Source: Selaginella moellendorffii (lineage: Eukaryota > Plantae > Lycopodiophyta). Taken from it: DNA of 64,000 bases. The stretch covers positions 1,271,250 to 1,335,249 of the forward strand of contig NW_003314298.1 of NCBI RefSeq assembly GCF_000143415.4. Direction: 5' to 3'. The translations under genes and the position numbers were made by a program. The notes under the pieces were generated by a model. The model did not search any database, was not told the DNA's origin, and saw only the letters and a program-made list of their open reading frames with translations. Below, in pieces: positions 23,278-33,914 of this stretch. Position 1 is the stretch's first letter. Each line of letters begins with the position of its first letter.

Positions 23278-26200
23278 TTAATTGAATTTTGCATAAGTAC
23301 ATAGAGTTCTGCCTTGCAGAAATTCCTCCACTAGATCTCGAGCGTTCGCTAGGTTCTCCTCCGGTTCCCATGTTGCTTCGCAGTGTGGAAATCCTCTCCA
23401 CTTCACATGGAACTCTCTCACCTCGCGTCCTTGTCGCTTGCTCTTGCGCGCATTGAGGATGGCCTCGACTTCGTATTCCTCTTCCCCTTGGATAACCTCA
23501 GGTAAAGGTCTCAATTGGTCCTTGCGAAGCGGATCCTCAAAGTACGGCTTGAGTAAGTTCACGTGGAACACTGGGTGCATCTTCCCCATCTCTCGAGGAA
23601 GTCGGAGTCGGTAAGCCACTTTACCGATTCGTGCCTCAATCTCGTAAGGCCCCGCGAACCTGCTTAAGGAACTCAAGATCAATTCATTTACAGGAATACA
23701 TGCATCTTTACCTTTGGGTCAACTTTCGGCTGATCCCACTTGGTAGTCTGAGGTTCTTGGTGTTCAGCCACACCTTCTCCCCAGCTTGGAACTCTACATC
23801 CCGACGCTTCTGGTTCGCGTATTTGGTTTGCCTTTGTTGAGCCCGTTCCAAGGAATCCCTCACTAGGTTCCAAATACTGAGTCTTTCCGCCGTGAATGCC
23901 TCCACTGCAGGCAACTCTCCATGATACTCGGCCACGCCGAGTTCCACAGGACCTTCAATAGCTCGCCCATTGATGACTTCCCATGGACTCACCCCGATAC
24001 TCGAATGTGGTGAGTTGTTATAACACATCTCCGCAAGTCCCAAATGACTTACCCAATCGGTCTGGTCTCCCGAGACATAGCATCGCAAATAATCCTCCAG
24101 CTGCCTATTCACCCTTTCCGTTTGTCCGTCTGTCAAGAAGTGTTAGTTCCCACAACTTGACTCAATACCCCATACCTGTCTGTGGGTGATAGGCTGTGCT
24201 GAATTTCAACTTGGTGCGATACTGTTCCAGGAGAGTCCTCCAGAACCTACTGGTGAAGATCTTATCTCGATCGGAGATGATCTCTTCCGGTCTTCCCCGC
24301 ACTCGAACCACTTGTTCGAAAAACAGCTTTGCCACACCTTCCGCATCCACCTCCGTTGTGGTGGGTATGAAGTGTGCCATTTTCGAAAATCGGTCCACCA
24401 CCACGAATATCGCATCAAACCCCTCGCTTGGAGGGAGTCCCGTGATGAAGTCCATCGTAAGACATTTCCACGGGCGATCTGGAATTGGGATGCTTTGCAA
24501 CAAGCCCCCACTAGCCTTAGTCACGGCTTTTACCTGCTGACATGTTGGACATGTCTTTACATAGTCTTGGACGTCCTTAGCCATATCTGGCCAATGGTAC
24601 TTCCTTTTGAGTAAGCCCATCGTCTTGGGCACTCCACCGTGTCCCGCAAGAGGTCCGTCATGACACTCTTCTAAGGCCACCTTCCTTAGTTCCCCTTCTG
24701 GAACATACACCCTCGTTTGCTTGTAATAAATGAGTCCGTTGCGTTCTGCATAGCCCGTTTTCTCTTCCGTTGGCAGCTCACCTCTCTGGTGAGCTTCCCG
24801 CGCCTCTAGATTCCTCAGCAACACTTCTTGTGCTAGACCATCATTCTCATATGCTGTCCGCACATCGTCCCAGAAGGTTGCTGTTGCGCTGGATATTGCC
24901 AACCTCAAGCTCGCTTTTCGACTTAGCGCATCCGCCACGATGTTGCTCTTCCCAGGCTTGTACAGAATTTCGCAATCAAACTCGGCCAAGGCATTGGCCC
25001 ACCGACCTTGTTTCCCTCTTAGGTCGGGCTGTGACAAGAAGTGTTTCGTTGCCACATTGTCCGTGTAAACCTTGAAGTGTCTCCCAAGGTAGTGTCGCCA
25101 CTCCTTAAGCGCCTTGACCACCGCAAACAATTCCTTCTCGTGGGCAGGCCACTTCCGTTGAGCCTTGTCCAGCTTCTTCGAGAAGAACGCTACCGGATGG
25201 TTGTCTTGCTTCAAAACTGCGCCCAACGCAAAGTCCGAAGCATCCGTTTCTACCTCAAAGTCCTTACCAAAGTCTGGTAATGCCAATACGGGAGCCTTCC
25301 TCAACTTCCCTTTGAGGTGGACGAATGCCGCCTCGCATTCCGCTGTCCACACCATCTTCCCTTTTCCTGTTTGGTCCGTTAAGGGCAGGGCTACTCTCGA
25401 ATAGTGTCTGATAAACTTTCGATAGTAGTTGCATAGCCCCAGGAATGCCCTCAACTCATGTACATTGGCTGGTCGCTCCCATTCCTGGATCGCTTGGACC
25501 TTCTCCGGGTCCACCTTGAGCCCGTCCTGGCCCACCACATGCCCGAGAAACTTTACCTCTTGTTGAGCAAAGTCACATTTGCTCTCTTTAGCATACAGCT
25601 TGTGTTCCCTTAGTTTCTCAAACACCTTCGCCAAGTGTTCGGCATGCTCCTCTAGCGTCTCGCTATAGATCAGGATGTCATCGATATAGACGACCACGAA
25701 GTGATCCAAATAGGGTACAAAGATATGGTTCATCAACGCCGAAAACATTGCCGGCGCATTGCACAGCCCAAAGGGCATCACCAGAAACTCAAAGCTTCCA
25801 TACCTCGTTCGACAGGTTGTCTTCTCGACATCTTCCTCGGCTACCCTGATCTGGTAGTATCCTGACCTTAGGTCAATCCTCGAGAAGTATTTTGCCTTTC
25901 CCAACCTATCGAACAGGTCCTCAATCCTTGGCAAAGGGTACTTGTTCTTCTTTGTATACTTGTTGAGCAACCGGTAGTCTATGCACATGCGCATAGATCC
26001 ATCTTTCTTTTTCACAAACAACACCGGCGCCCCATACGGCGACTTGCTCAACCTAACATACCCTTTGTCCACCAACTCCTCTAGTTGGCACTTGAGCTCC
26101 TTGAGTTCTTTTTCGTTCAAACGATAAGGTGGACGAACCACCGCCTCAGCGCCCTCGACCAGCTCAATCTTATGTTCTATCGGTCGTGCGGGGGGCAACC

Positions 26201-27133
26201 CCGCCGGTAGCTCCTCCGGCATGGTATCCTGGAATTGGTCCAACACTCGCTGGATCACTAAAGGCACTTCTTCCGTTCTTGTCTTTTTGTCACTCTTCAC
26301 TGAGAGTAAGCACAAAAAGGCTGCCTTAGTTCCTTTAGTGAGTTGTCCTCTCGTGGACACCAGGTTTAAACAGGATTCTTTGGCCTTGCTTTGCCCTACC
26401 TTTAGATCCTGGGCTTCCACCCTAGATCTTCTTCCTTGGGCATTCGCCAGTACCACAAGGTTCCTACCTTGTCCATGTAGGGCTACCACGAACCGATTGA
26501 ACCAATCCATTCCAAAGATCACGTCAAATCCCGCCATGTCCAACACGGTGAAATCCATGTCTACCTTCCAAGTCCCTACTTCGACTTTCGCTTGTCGAAG
26601 TACCTCATCGGTGCTTTGGCTACCTTGAACAAACTCTATAGTCCTTGGTTCGCCTAGCCGCTGCACCGTTAGTCCGGCTTGCCGGACTATGTCTGCAGCC
26701 ACAAAATTATCCGAAGCACCCGTGTCAATAAGGATCTTAACAAAGCTACCTCCGAGCTTCCCTCGGAGGGCTAGTAGATGTCGCGAACGACTCTCTACCA
26801 AAGTTGCTCGTGTAATGAGTAACTTTGAGTTAGGGACTGGATCACATACCTCATTTTGGACTTCACCCGACTTGATGGCCATATTGGCTCTGGCCTTCTT
26901 TGGGTAGGGACATTCCCTCGAAAAGTGTCCCGCTTCACCGCAGTTGTAGCATACGTTGTTTCCCACGCTGCTATATGACTTGACCTTCTTATCCGTGGGT
27001 TTGTCTCTTTTCGCTTGACTCCCCCACGTACTTGCTCGCTGGCCACCGGATTTGCCTTTCCGGAACCCCGAGGACTCATTCTTAGAGAAACTCTTCTTGA
27101 ATTTCCCCCTGCTATATGTTCCTCTCGGTTTGG
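23278..27133 (-). CDS. 5'-truncated Gag-Pol of element B; exons about 27133-24176, 24129-23712 and 23659-23278
   Basis: [14 protein letters not shown] knuckle, [24 protein letters not shown] integrase, GPY motif and chromodomain YEVEAIL...FHVKWRGF...TWEPEENL. The frame is continuous only after removing two GT-AG introns. Confidence 0.9.
23660..23711 (-). other. Putative 52-nt spliceosomal intron 2 before the GPY motif and chromodomain of B
   Basis: AAG|GTAAAG...TTCCTTAAGCAG|G; removal gives SRKLTQRFAGPY; retention gives an immediate TAA. Confidence 0.8.
24130..24175 (-). other. Putative 46-nt spliceosomal intron 1 in the integrase core of B
   Basis: CAG|GTATGG...CTAAC...TTCTTGACAG|AC; removal gives YHPQTDGQTER; retention gives an in-frame TGA. 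Confidence 0.8.
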
Positions 27134-27831
27134 CCAATGAGCCGCATGGTACTCAAGTGGGGCACCACTCCACATGAGCCGGGAGCACCGCAATCGGTTT
27201 CCCTTTCGGGAGTGGGAGCTGCTCTTGAGCACTTCCTTGGATGGCCCCTCCGGCACCAGCCAAGTCCATGCTCACTCCCACCCAAGGCCCCTCAGTCCCA
27301 GTCCCAACCTCAAGTCGGTTTGGAAGCCCAACTGTAGAGTCCCTTCTAAACTGGTTCCTGGACCTCACTATCCCTACTATACTTTTGGAACCCCCTGCAG
27401 CCCCCCCCCCCCCTGGGAGACGCACGCTTTGGGCTTTCACCCCTTGACCCGTATTAGTATTTGGACTTAGTCTCTGGCTCGATCTCGGACCCGATTTCGG
27501 ATCCGACTTCGGATTCGGGTTCAGACTCGATCACGGACTCGATCTCGGACCCGATCTCGGACCCGACCTCGGACTCGACCTCGAACTCGGTCTCGGACCC
27601 GATTTCGGATCTCGGACTCCGTCTCGAACTCGGTCTCGAACTCGGACTCGAACTCGGTCCCCGAGTCGGTCTCGGACTCGATTCCGGACTCTATCTCGAA
27701 CTCGGTCCTAGAGTCGGTCTTGGACTCGATCCTCGACTTGGTCCCATCCGATGAACTCTTTGCCATTTCGGTCAAGCTTTTGGGGATCCTTTAGCCTTCG
27801 ACATCTCGGGGAGTCGGTTCCTTACAAAGCG

Positions 27832-30034
27832 GTCAAAGTGTGTGTTTGGGTCCAAGGACACAACTTATCTTGGGTACCGTATTTCTCGTGAGGGTTTGCA
27901 AGTTGATCCTGACAAACTTATGGCTGTTCTAAAGTTCCCTACTCCGAAATGTGTGAATGATGTGCAGCGTTTTTTGGGTAAGGTGCAGTATCTCGGTCGT
28001 TTTGTGGATCATCTTTCCAATCGCACTACACCATTGCGAGCGTTGCTGAAGTCATCAACGTCATCTTTCATCTGGTCTCCGGATTGTGAGCGGGCATTCG
28101 TGGATCTCAAAGAGCTATTGACAACTCCTCCGGTTTTGGCATATCCTGACTACACTCGACCTTTTATTTTGCGCGTGGATGCTTCTGACATTGGTCTTGG
28201 AGGTGTGTTGATGCAAGAGAGCTCGAGTGTGCCTGGTCAGTGCCATCCCATTGCATACATAAGCCGTACATTACAACCAGCGGAGATGAACTACTCCACG
28301 ACGGAGAAGGAGTGTTTAGCAGCAGTCTGGGGTTTCGAGAAACTTCATGCATATCTCCATGGTTCTCGGACGTTACTTGAAGGTGACCATGCTGCTGTTA
28401 CTTCATTATTGAAGCGGAAGAACCTGGTTGGTCGTACGGCTCGATGGGCTTTGAAGCTTCAGATATATGATTTCGATGTTGTTCATCGCCCAGGGAGTTC
28501 TATGGCTGATGCTGATGCCCTTTCTCAAGCTCCTCTTCCTTCTCCACTCACTTCTCATGTTTCTGACGAACCTGTTGTTCCAGCATCTGTGGATTTTCTA
28601 GATGAGGATTCTGTGCCGTCGGCGGTTGCTGTCCTTGACGTTCAGTGTCCACAGGGCGTAGAGCAAGATCTACCTTCTCTTGATGAGGTTCGCGAGGCTC
28701 AAAAGATTGAGCCGTGGATTCGAAGGCTTCGAGATGGGTTTGAGAATCCTGCATCACTTGCTGATGACTTGCCTTTCCGGCATTTACATTCTCAATATCG
28801 CCTTGAAGATGGCCTTCTTTATTTTGTGGGGACGGATCCTGATGATCATTTACGGTTGGTGGTGCCTTCGGTGTTTATTCCACGGTTTCGCCATGCCTAC
28901 CATGATTCTCCTGTTCTAGGTGGGCATATGGGACACCGTCGTGTCACCGAGAAGCTGCGCAGGTCTTTCTATTGGCCGGAGATGCGACGTGATATTATCC
29001 GGTATGTGCGTAGCTGCGTTTGGTGCCAAGCTCGTAATACTCCCCCTTGTGCTGCGGAAGGACGGTTGGAGTCAATTGCAGTTTCCCGTCCGTTTGAGTT
29101 GGTGGCGTTTGATCTTATGGGACCTTTTCCACGATCGACTGCTGGCAATGAGTATGTTATTATTGCTTCTGACTACTTGACTCGTTGGGTGGAAGTTGGT
29201 GCTCTTGCTAGCGCCTCTGCAACTGCTGTTGGATACTTCCTCCTCAATCGAGTGGTGTTCCAGCATTCTTGTCCAGAGCGGATTCTTTCGGATAATGGTC
29301 CTGCATTTATGGCTGAGGTATTTCATGTTTTGACATCTCGGTTGGGGATACGCCACACTTTTACGAGTGCTTATCATCCACAATCAGACGGTCTGGTGGA
29401 ACGGCTTGTTCGGACATTCAAAGGGATGATTGCGAAGTATGTGAACTTTCAGCATTCGGATTGGGATGGTTATTTGCCATCTCTTTGGTATGCCTATGTC
29501 ACAGGGGTGCAGAGTTCTGTTGGTGCTTCACCATATAAACTTCTATATGGTCATGATCCAATATTACCAACAGAGCTGGGTTTACCTTCGCGATTGCCAC
29601 GAGCTCCTGATGCTAGGTCATGGGATCAGTATTTGACAAGCATTCTTCCACTTGTCCGAGCAGAGTCTACCGAACACTTAGGCCGCATACAAGTGGGACA
29701 ACAACGGCGCTACAACTCCCATCATCGTCCACCTGCGGAGTACAAAGTGGATGATTTGGTGTTAGTCCGTTTTCCCCATCTTACGGTACGTGGTTTATCT
29801 AAGGGGCTCCTTGTGCAATGGAAAGGACCATATCGGGTGTTACGGCAAGTTGGACCGCAAGTTTATGAGGTTCGGCATGACGTTCAGCAGGCCGATCCTC
29901 CGGAGATTGTGCATGTGCAACGGTTAAAACGCTTCATACAAAGGGATCAGAAGCAGTTAATACCGTCTACAGATCCGCCGATGCCTCCTCCTGACGTTCC
30001 TCCAGATCCTGGCCCATCTACAAGAGAACCTTGA
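27832..30034 (+). CDS. pol: Pol of element A, part 2 (RT end, RNase H, integrase)
   Basis: Joins part 1 in frame (LKLKR|SKCVFG) once B and one TSD are removed; DASD, DLMGPF, SDNG, DGLVER and GPY motifs. Confidence 0.93.
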
Positions 30035-30526
30035 CGGCCTTCCATTATTCCGAGAGGAGGGGATGATGTGAGGGCCAAGTGTACGGCTACGATGCCGTAT
30101 ACTAATATTAGCGTAGTGGATTTTGGTAGCTGTCGGATTGGTTTCAATCCGGACCACTCGCTCCTGTATATAAGCTAGGGTTTTTGGGCTAATTGATATG
30201 CACATTTCTGTATTCCCTTTCCATATTCTAGGCACTCACATGGTGCAATAAACTAGAAAAGGAGGTTTTAAAATTATAAATACAAAATAAATTTAAATGC
30301 ATAACAACTGCTAGATGGTAAAATATTCCAAAATATTCAAGTATATTCTATATATTCACTTAAACAAACCAAAAAGTAAATTTAAGCCGTTTATAAATTA
30401 TATAGACATGTTTATAATTTATAAACTCAAAAGTAATCTAAAAGAATATCAACCGTTAGATCATAAAATATGCTAGAATATCCAAACAAATTCTAAGTAT
30501 ATCCATCAGTCATTACTCTGTTAGCG

Positions 30527-32929
30527 ATGCGCCCCAATGCCGCCGAGGGATTCAGGAGTTCCGGCGCTTGCAGCTCCTGCAGGAGGGTCCGAGGCCGTGC
30601 GGCTTCCTCTTTGATCGACAATAGCGACGGCGATGGAGCATCCAAGAAATCCGAGGTTCGTATCCAAATTCCCGGTAGAAGCTCGCGCCTGGGCGGATTC
30701 AGCCGCAATGGGGCAATCTATTCTTCCCAGAAAAAGCAGCAGCAGGAGCAGCAGCAGCGCGGATTCTTGGAACTGGAGGTCGTGGTGAAGAAATGGGATG
30801 GGAAATCTAGCTGCAGGGAGACCGTGGGAGCCGTGATTAAGCACTTGAGGGATGGAGGAGAGGCGCTTACCTTCTTCAGGTGGCTCCAGGCCAGGAACTT
30901 CAAGCACGACGTCTTCACTTACAATTGCCTGCTGGATAAGCTCATCCGGCACCGCGATTTGAAGCAAGCCGGCCAGGTTTTCGAGAAGATGGTCGCGCAG
31001 GGCGTGGCTCCGAATGGATTCACGTACGCTGTTCTCGTGCAATCGTCGTGCTACGAGAGGAACTCCGACGAAGCCGTGAGGTTTTTCGGTGAGATGGTGG
31101 ACAAGGGGTTCAAGCCGAGCTCCACGCTCTACCAGAAGGTGACCGAGTGTCTCAAAGCCACGGGGAAAGAGGGAGAATTTTCCAGAGTTTTTGGAAGAGA
31201 TTTGGAGAAGCGAGTTGCGGTGGAGATGATGCTCAAGAAGGCATTGCTCGTCAACTTTGTGATCCAGGACAAAGCTATCGAGGCTTCAAAGCTGTTTAGA
31301 GACATGGTGAAGAGCGGGTGTAAGCCCGACGCGACGATCTATAGCTACATGGTGCTGGTTCACTGCAAGCTGGAGAATCTCGACGAGGCCTTCAAGCTCT
31401 TTCTCGAGATGGCGGTGGAGTCGAAAGCTCCTCTCAACAACGTTGCCTGGACTGCTTTCCTCGGCGGCCTTTGCAAGTCGGGAAAGATCGAGCAAGCTTT
31501 CGAGGCATGTCGGACGATGCAAGAGAGCTTGAGCTCATCGCAGCCCGTCTACGACATGCTCATCCGGCTGCTGATCGAGAGCGGCCGTATCGACAAGGCC
31601 GAAGAGGCTTGCCTAGAGATAGCTGGAAGGAACATCCAGCCGAGCTCGGGGACATGTCACAGCGTGATCCAGGAGCTCTGCAAAGCCGGGAGAGTGGACA
31701 GCGCTCTGAGCCTCTTGGAAACGATGATCAAGCGTGGCTACTGCCCGGACATGGCGACTCACTCGATGCTCATCAACGAGCTTTGCAAGGCGGACAAGAT
31801 CCAAGAGGCACAGGAGTTCTTGCAAGGCATGAACAGGACGATCAGCACCCGTGCTAGCAGCTGCTTCTCCTACAACTCGCTCCTCAACAGCCTCTGCAAA
31901 GCCAAGAAAGTCCACCAGGCTTTCGCCATCTTCAGCACAATGGTGAGCGAGAGGAGCGTCGTCCCGGACGTGGTGAGCTACAGCATCCTCATCGATGGCT
32001 TCTGCAAGATCGACGAGCTCGGCCGCGCCGAGAAGCTCTACAAGCAGATGATCGACCTCAACTGCGTTCCAAACGTGACGACTTACAACGCCTTCCTCAA
32101 TGGTCTGATGAGGAAGGGCCGCATCGCTGACGCTCAGGGGGTCTACGAGGAGATGATATCGGCTGGCTGCTCGCCGGACGTGATCACGTACAGCACTCTC
32201 ATCCACGGCTTCAGCCTGGCCAGGAAACACGACCAAGCCCACGAGCTGTTCGAGGCGATGATCAGCCGGGGTTGCCGTCCCAACGCCGTGACTTACAACT
32301 GCCTTCTCCACGGCCTGTGCAAGGAGTCCAAGCCCGACGAAGCTCACGAGCTCTTCCGGAAGATGGTGGAGCGGGGCTGCGATCCAGACAAGGTGACTTA
32401 CACGACGCTGCTCTACGGCTTCTGCAACGTTGGGAAGATCGAGCAAGCGGTGGAGGTGTTTGACGAGATGGTGAGCAAGGGCCACGATCCGGACGTGGTG
32501 GCTTACAACTGCCTGCTCAAGGGGTTCTTCCGAGCAGGGAAGCCGGGCGAGGCCAGGCAGCTGTTCCAGGTGATGGTCTCGCGGGAATGCAAGCCAGACA
32601 CGGTGTCTCACAACATCATGATCGATGGCTTGTCCAAAGCCAAGCGCCTGGACGACGCGGTGGAGGTTTTCGAGAGGATGGAGCAGGATCACGGGTGTTC
32701 TCCGGATCTGGTGACTTACAACAGTCTCATCTTTGGGCTCTGCGGCGAGCAGCGATTGAGCGAAGCCATGAAAGTCTTCAAGGAGATTGACAGGCTCAAG
32801 TTGTCCCCGGATCCTCACGCTTTCAACGTTTTGCTGGAAGCCATGTACGCAGCTGGCCATAAGCCATTTTCTTCTTCTTCGCCCTCTCCCACGGAACACC
32901 ATGTAACATTTGTAGAAAATGAGGAATAG
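30527..32929 (+). CDS. P-class pentatricopeptide repeat (PPR) protein
   Basis: 800-aa intronless ORF with many 35-aa repeats (PDVVSYSILIDGFCK, PNVTTYNAFLNGL...) and an N-terminal transit-like peptide. Confidence 0.95.
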   Translation: MRPNAAEGFRSSGACSSCRRVRGRAASSLIDNSDGDGASKKSEVRIQIPGRSSRLGGFSRNGAIYSSQKKQQQEQQQRGFLELEVVVKKWDGKSSCRETVGAVIKHLRDGGEALTFFRWLQARNFKHDVFTYNCLLDKLIRHRDLKQAGQVFEKMVAQGVAPNGFTYAVLVQSSCYERNSDEAVRFFGEMVDKGFKPSSTLYQKVTECLKATGKEGEFSRVFGRDLEKRVAVEMMLKKALLVNFVIQDKAIEASKLFRDMVKSGCKPDATIYSYMVLVHCKLENLDEAFKLFLEMAVESKAPLNNVAWTAFLGGLCKSGKIEQAFEACRTMQESLSSSQPVYDMLIRLLIESGRIDKAEEACLEIAGRNIQPSSGTCHSVIQELCKAGRVDSALSLLETMIKRGYCPDMATHSMLINELCKADKIQEAQEFLQGMNRTISTRASSCFSYNSLLNSLCKAKKVHQAFAIFSTMVSERSVVPDVVSYSILIDGFCKIDELGRAEKLYKQMIDLNCVPNVTTYNAFLNGLMRKGRIADAQGVYEEMISAGCSPDVITYSTLIHGFSLARKHDQAHELFEAMISRGCRPNAVTYNCLLHGLCKESKPDEAHELFRKMVERGCDPDKVTYTTLLYGFCNVGKIEQAVEVFDEMVSKGHDPDVVAYNCLLKGFFRAGKPGEARQLFQVMVSRECKPDTVSHNIMIDGLSKAKRLDDAVEVFERMEQDHGCSPDLVTYNSLIFGLCGEQRLSEAMKVFKEIDRLKLSPDPHAFNVLLEAMYAAGHKPFSSSSPSPTEHHVTFVENEE

Positions 32930-33090
32930 TATACCAATTCGAGATCAGATTCAAAGATCCTCCCGCTTTCAACGTATTGATGGAAGCCATGCACGCAGCT
33001 GGCCATGAACCAGTTTCCTCTTCGTCTTTTTCATCTTCTTCGGTGGAAGAAAAATGTGGAATAATATACGAATTCGAGATCAGATTCACA
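32810..33090 (+). repeat. About 145-bp tandem duplication of the PPR 3' end
   Basis: GATCCTC.CGCTTTCAACGT...GCAGCTGGCCAT...AATTCGAGATCAGATTCA occurs twice. Confidence 0.85.
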
Positions 33091-33914
33091 CAAAAAGGAG
33101 GACCTTGGAGAAAGGTTCTGAAAGTCGATAGTGCCAAAAATGTACTGGAAGTGCAATAGAAGAGATAAGATCTTGGAGAAAGTTGACAGTATCACTGAAA
33201 GTTCAAGAGAACTATTAAATGGGAAAGTTGACAAAGGTGATGTTAACCCTGATAATGTCAAAAGAGCAAAAGAAGACAATGCGAATAAAGTCAAACCAAA
33301 TGTATCTGTTAATCTATGACAGGATATTGTGCTATGGAGAGCAATGTAGGAACTTGCGAGAATGAGCTCCGAAATACTTACGTATTTACTACGTATACCG
33401 GATAAGATCAAGCTAGATGATTCAAGCAATTAAAAATATTTCCTAACGAATCTTTATACGCGTAAGTATACCGCTTGAGTACGATACGGCGCGACTTTCG
33501 GCCAGTAATTTCTTGGAAATACGGCCAAGTTGCCCTAAACACGTGGCATTCCTGGCGCTGGCCACGTCGCACATCCTCCGAGCCAGCCGGATGCGTTTCC
33601 TGTTATGACATGTGCCACGCGAGGGAAATTGTTTATTTTTTTGCTTTGCTTTTTGGCTTTCTTGTTTCTAGGTCTGGACAAAGTCGTTCTTCGCGAGCGC
33701 CTTTGCTCCGCACGATGGGATCGTCGGGACGGGCGATCCCTTAGTTGACTTTGATCTCTCCAGTTTTGCTGCTGTCGATCGCCGGAATGCCGGCTTTATA
33801 AGCTGCCCTATCGCTGCAAAATATCCGCGCTCTCGATCGATATCGCATCGCTCTTCCATGGATCCATTCCTCTAGTATTGGATCACAGCAGCAGCGGCAG
33901 CGGCGGCGGCAGCT

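Larger units (their letters stand above)
21725..27826 (-). mobile_element. Chromovirus-type Ty3/gypsy element B nested in the RT of A (3' LTR 21725-22872; truncated 5' LTR about 27134-27826)
   Basis: TG..CA ends; perfect TSD AAGCG (21720-21724, 27827-27831); LTR overlap nearly identical; chromodomain present. Confidence 0.95.
19138..30240 (+). mobile_element. Ty3/gypsy LTR retrotransposon A (174-bp LTRs 19138-19311 and 30067-30240), interrupted by element B
   Basis: TGTGAG..CTCACA LTRs differing at about 3 positions; PBS TGGTGGAGATGAGGGG (tRNA-Ala-like); PPT GAGAGGAGGGGA; PR-RT-RH-IN order; no chromodomain seen. Confidence 0.95.
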
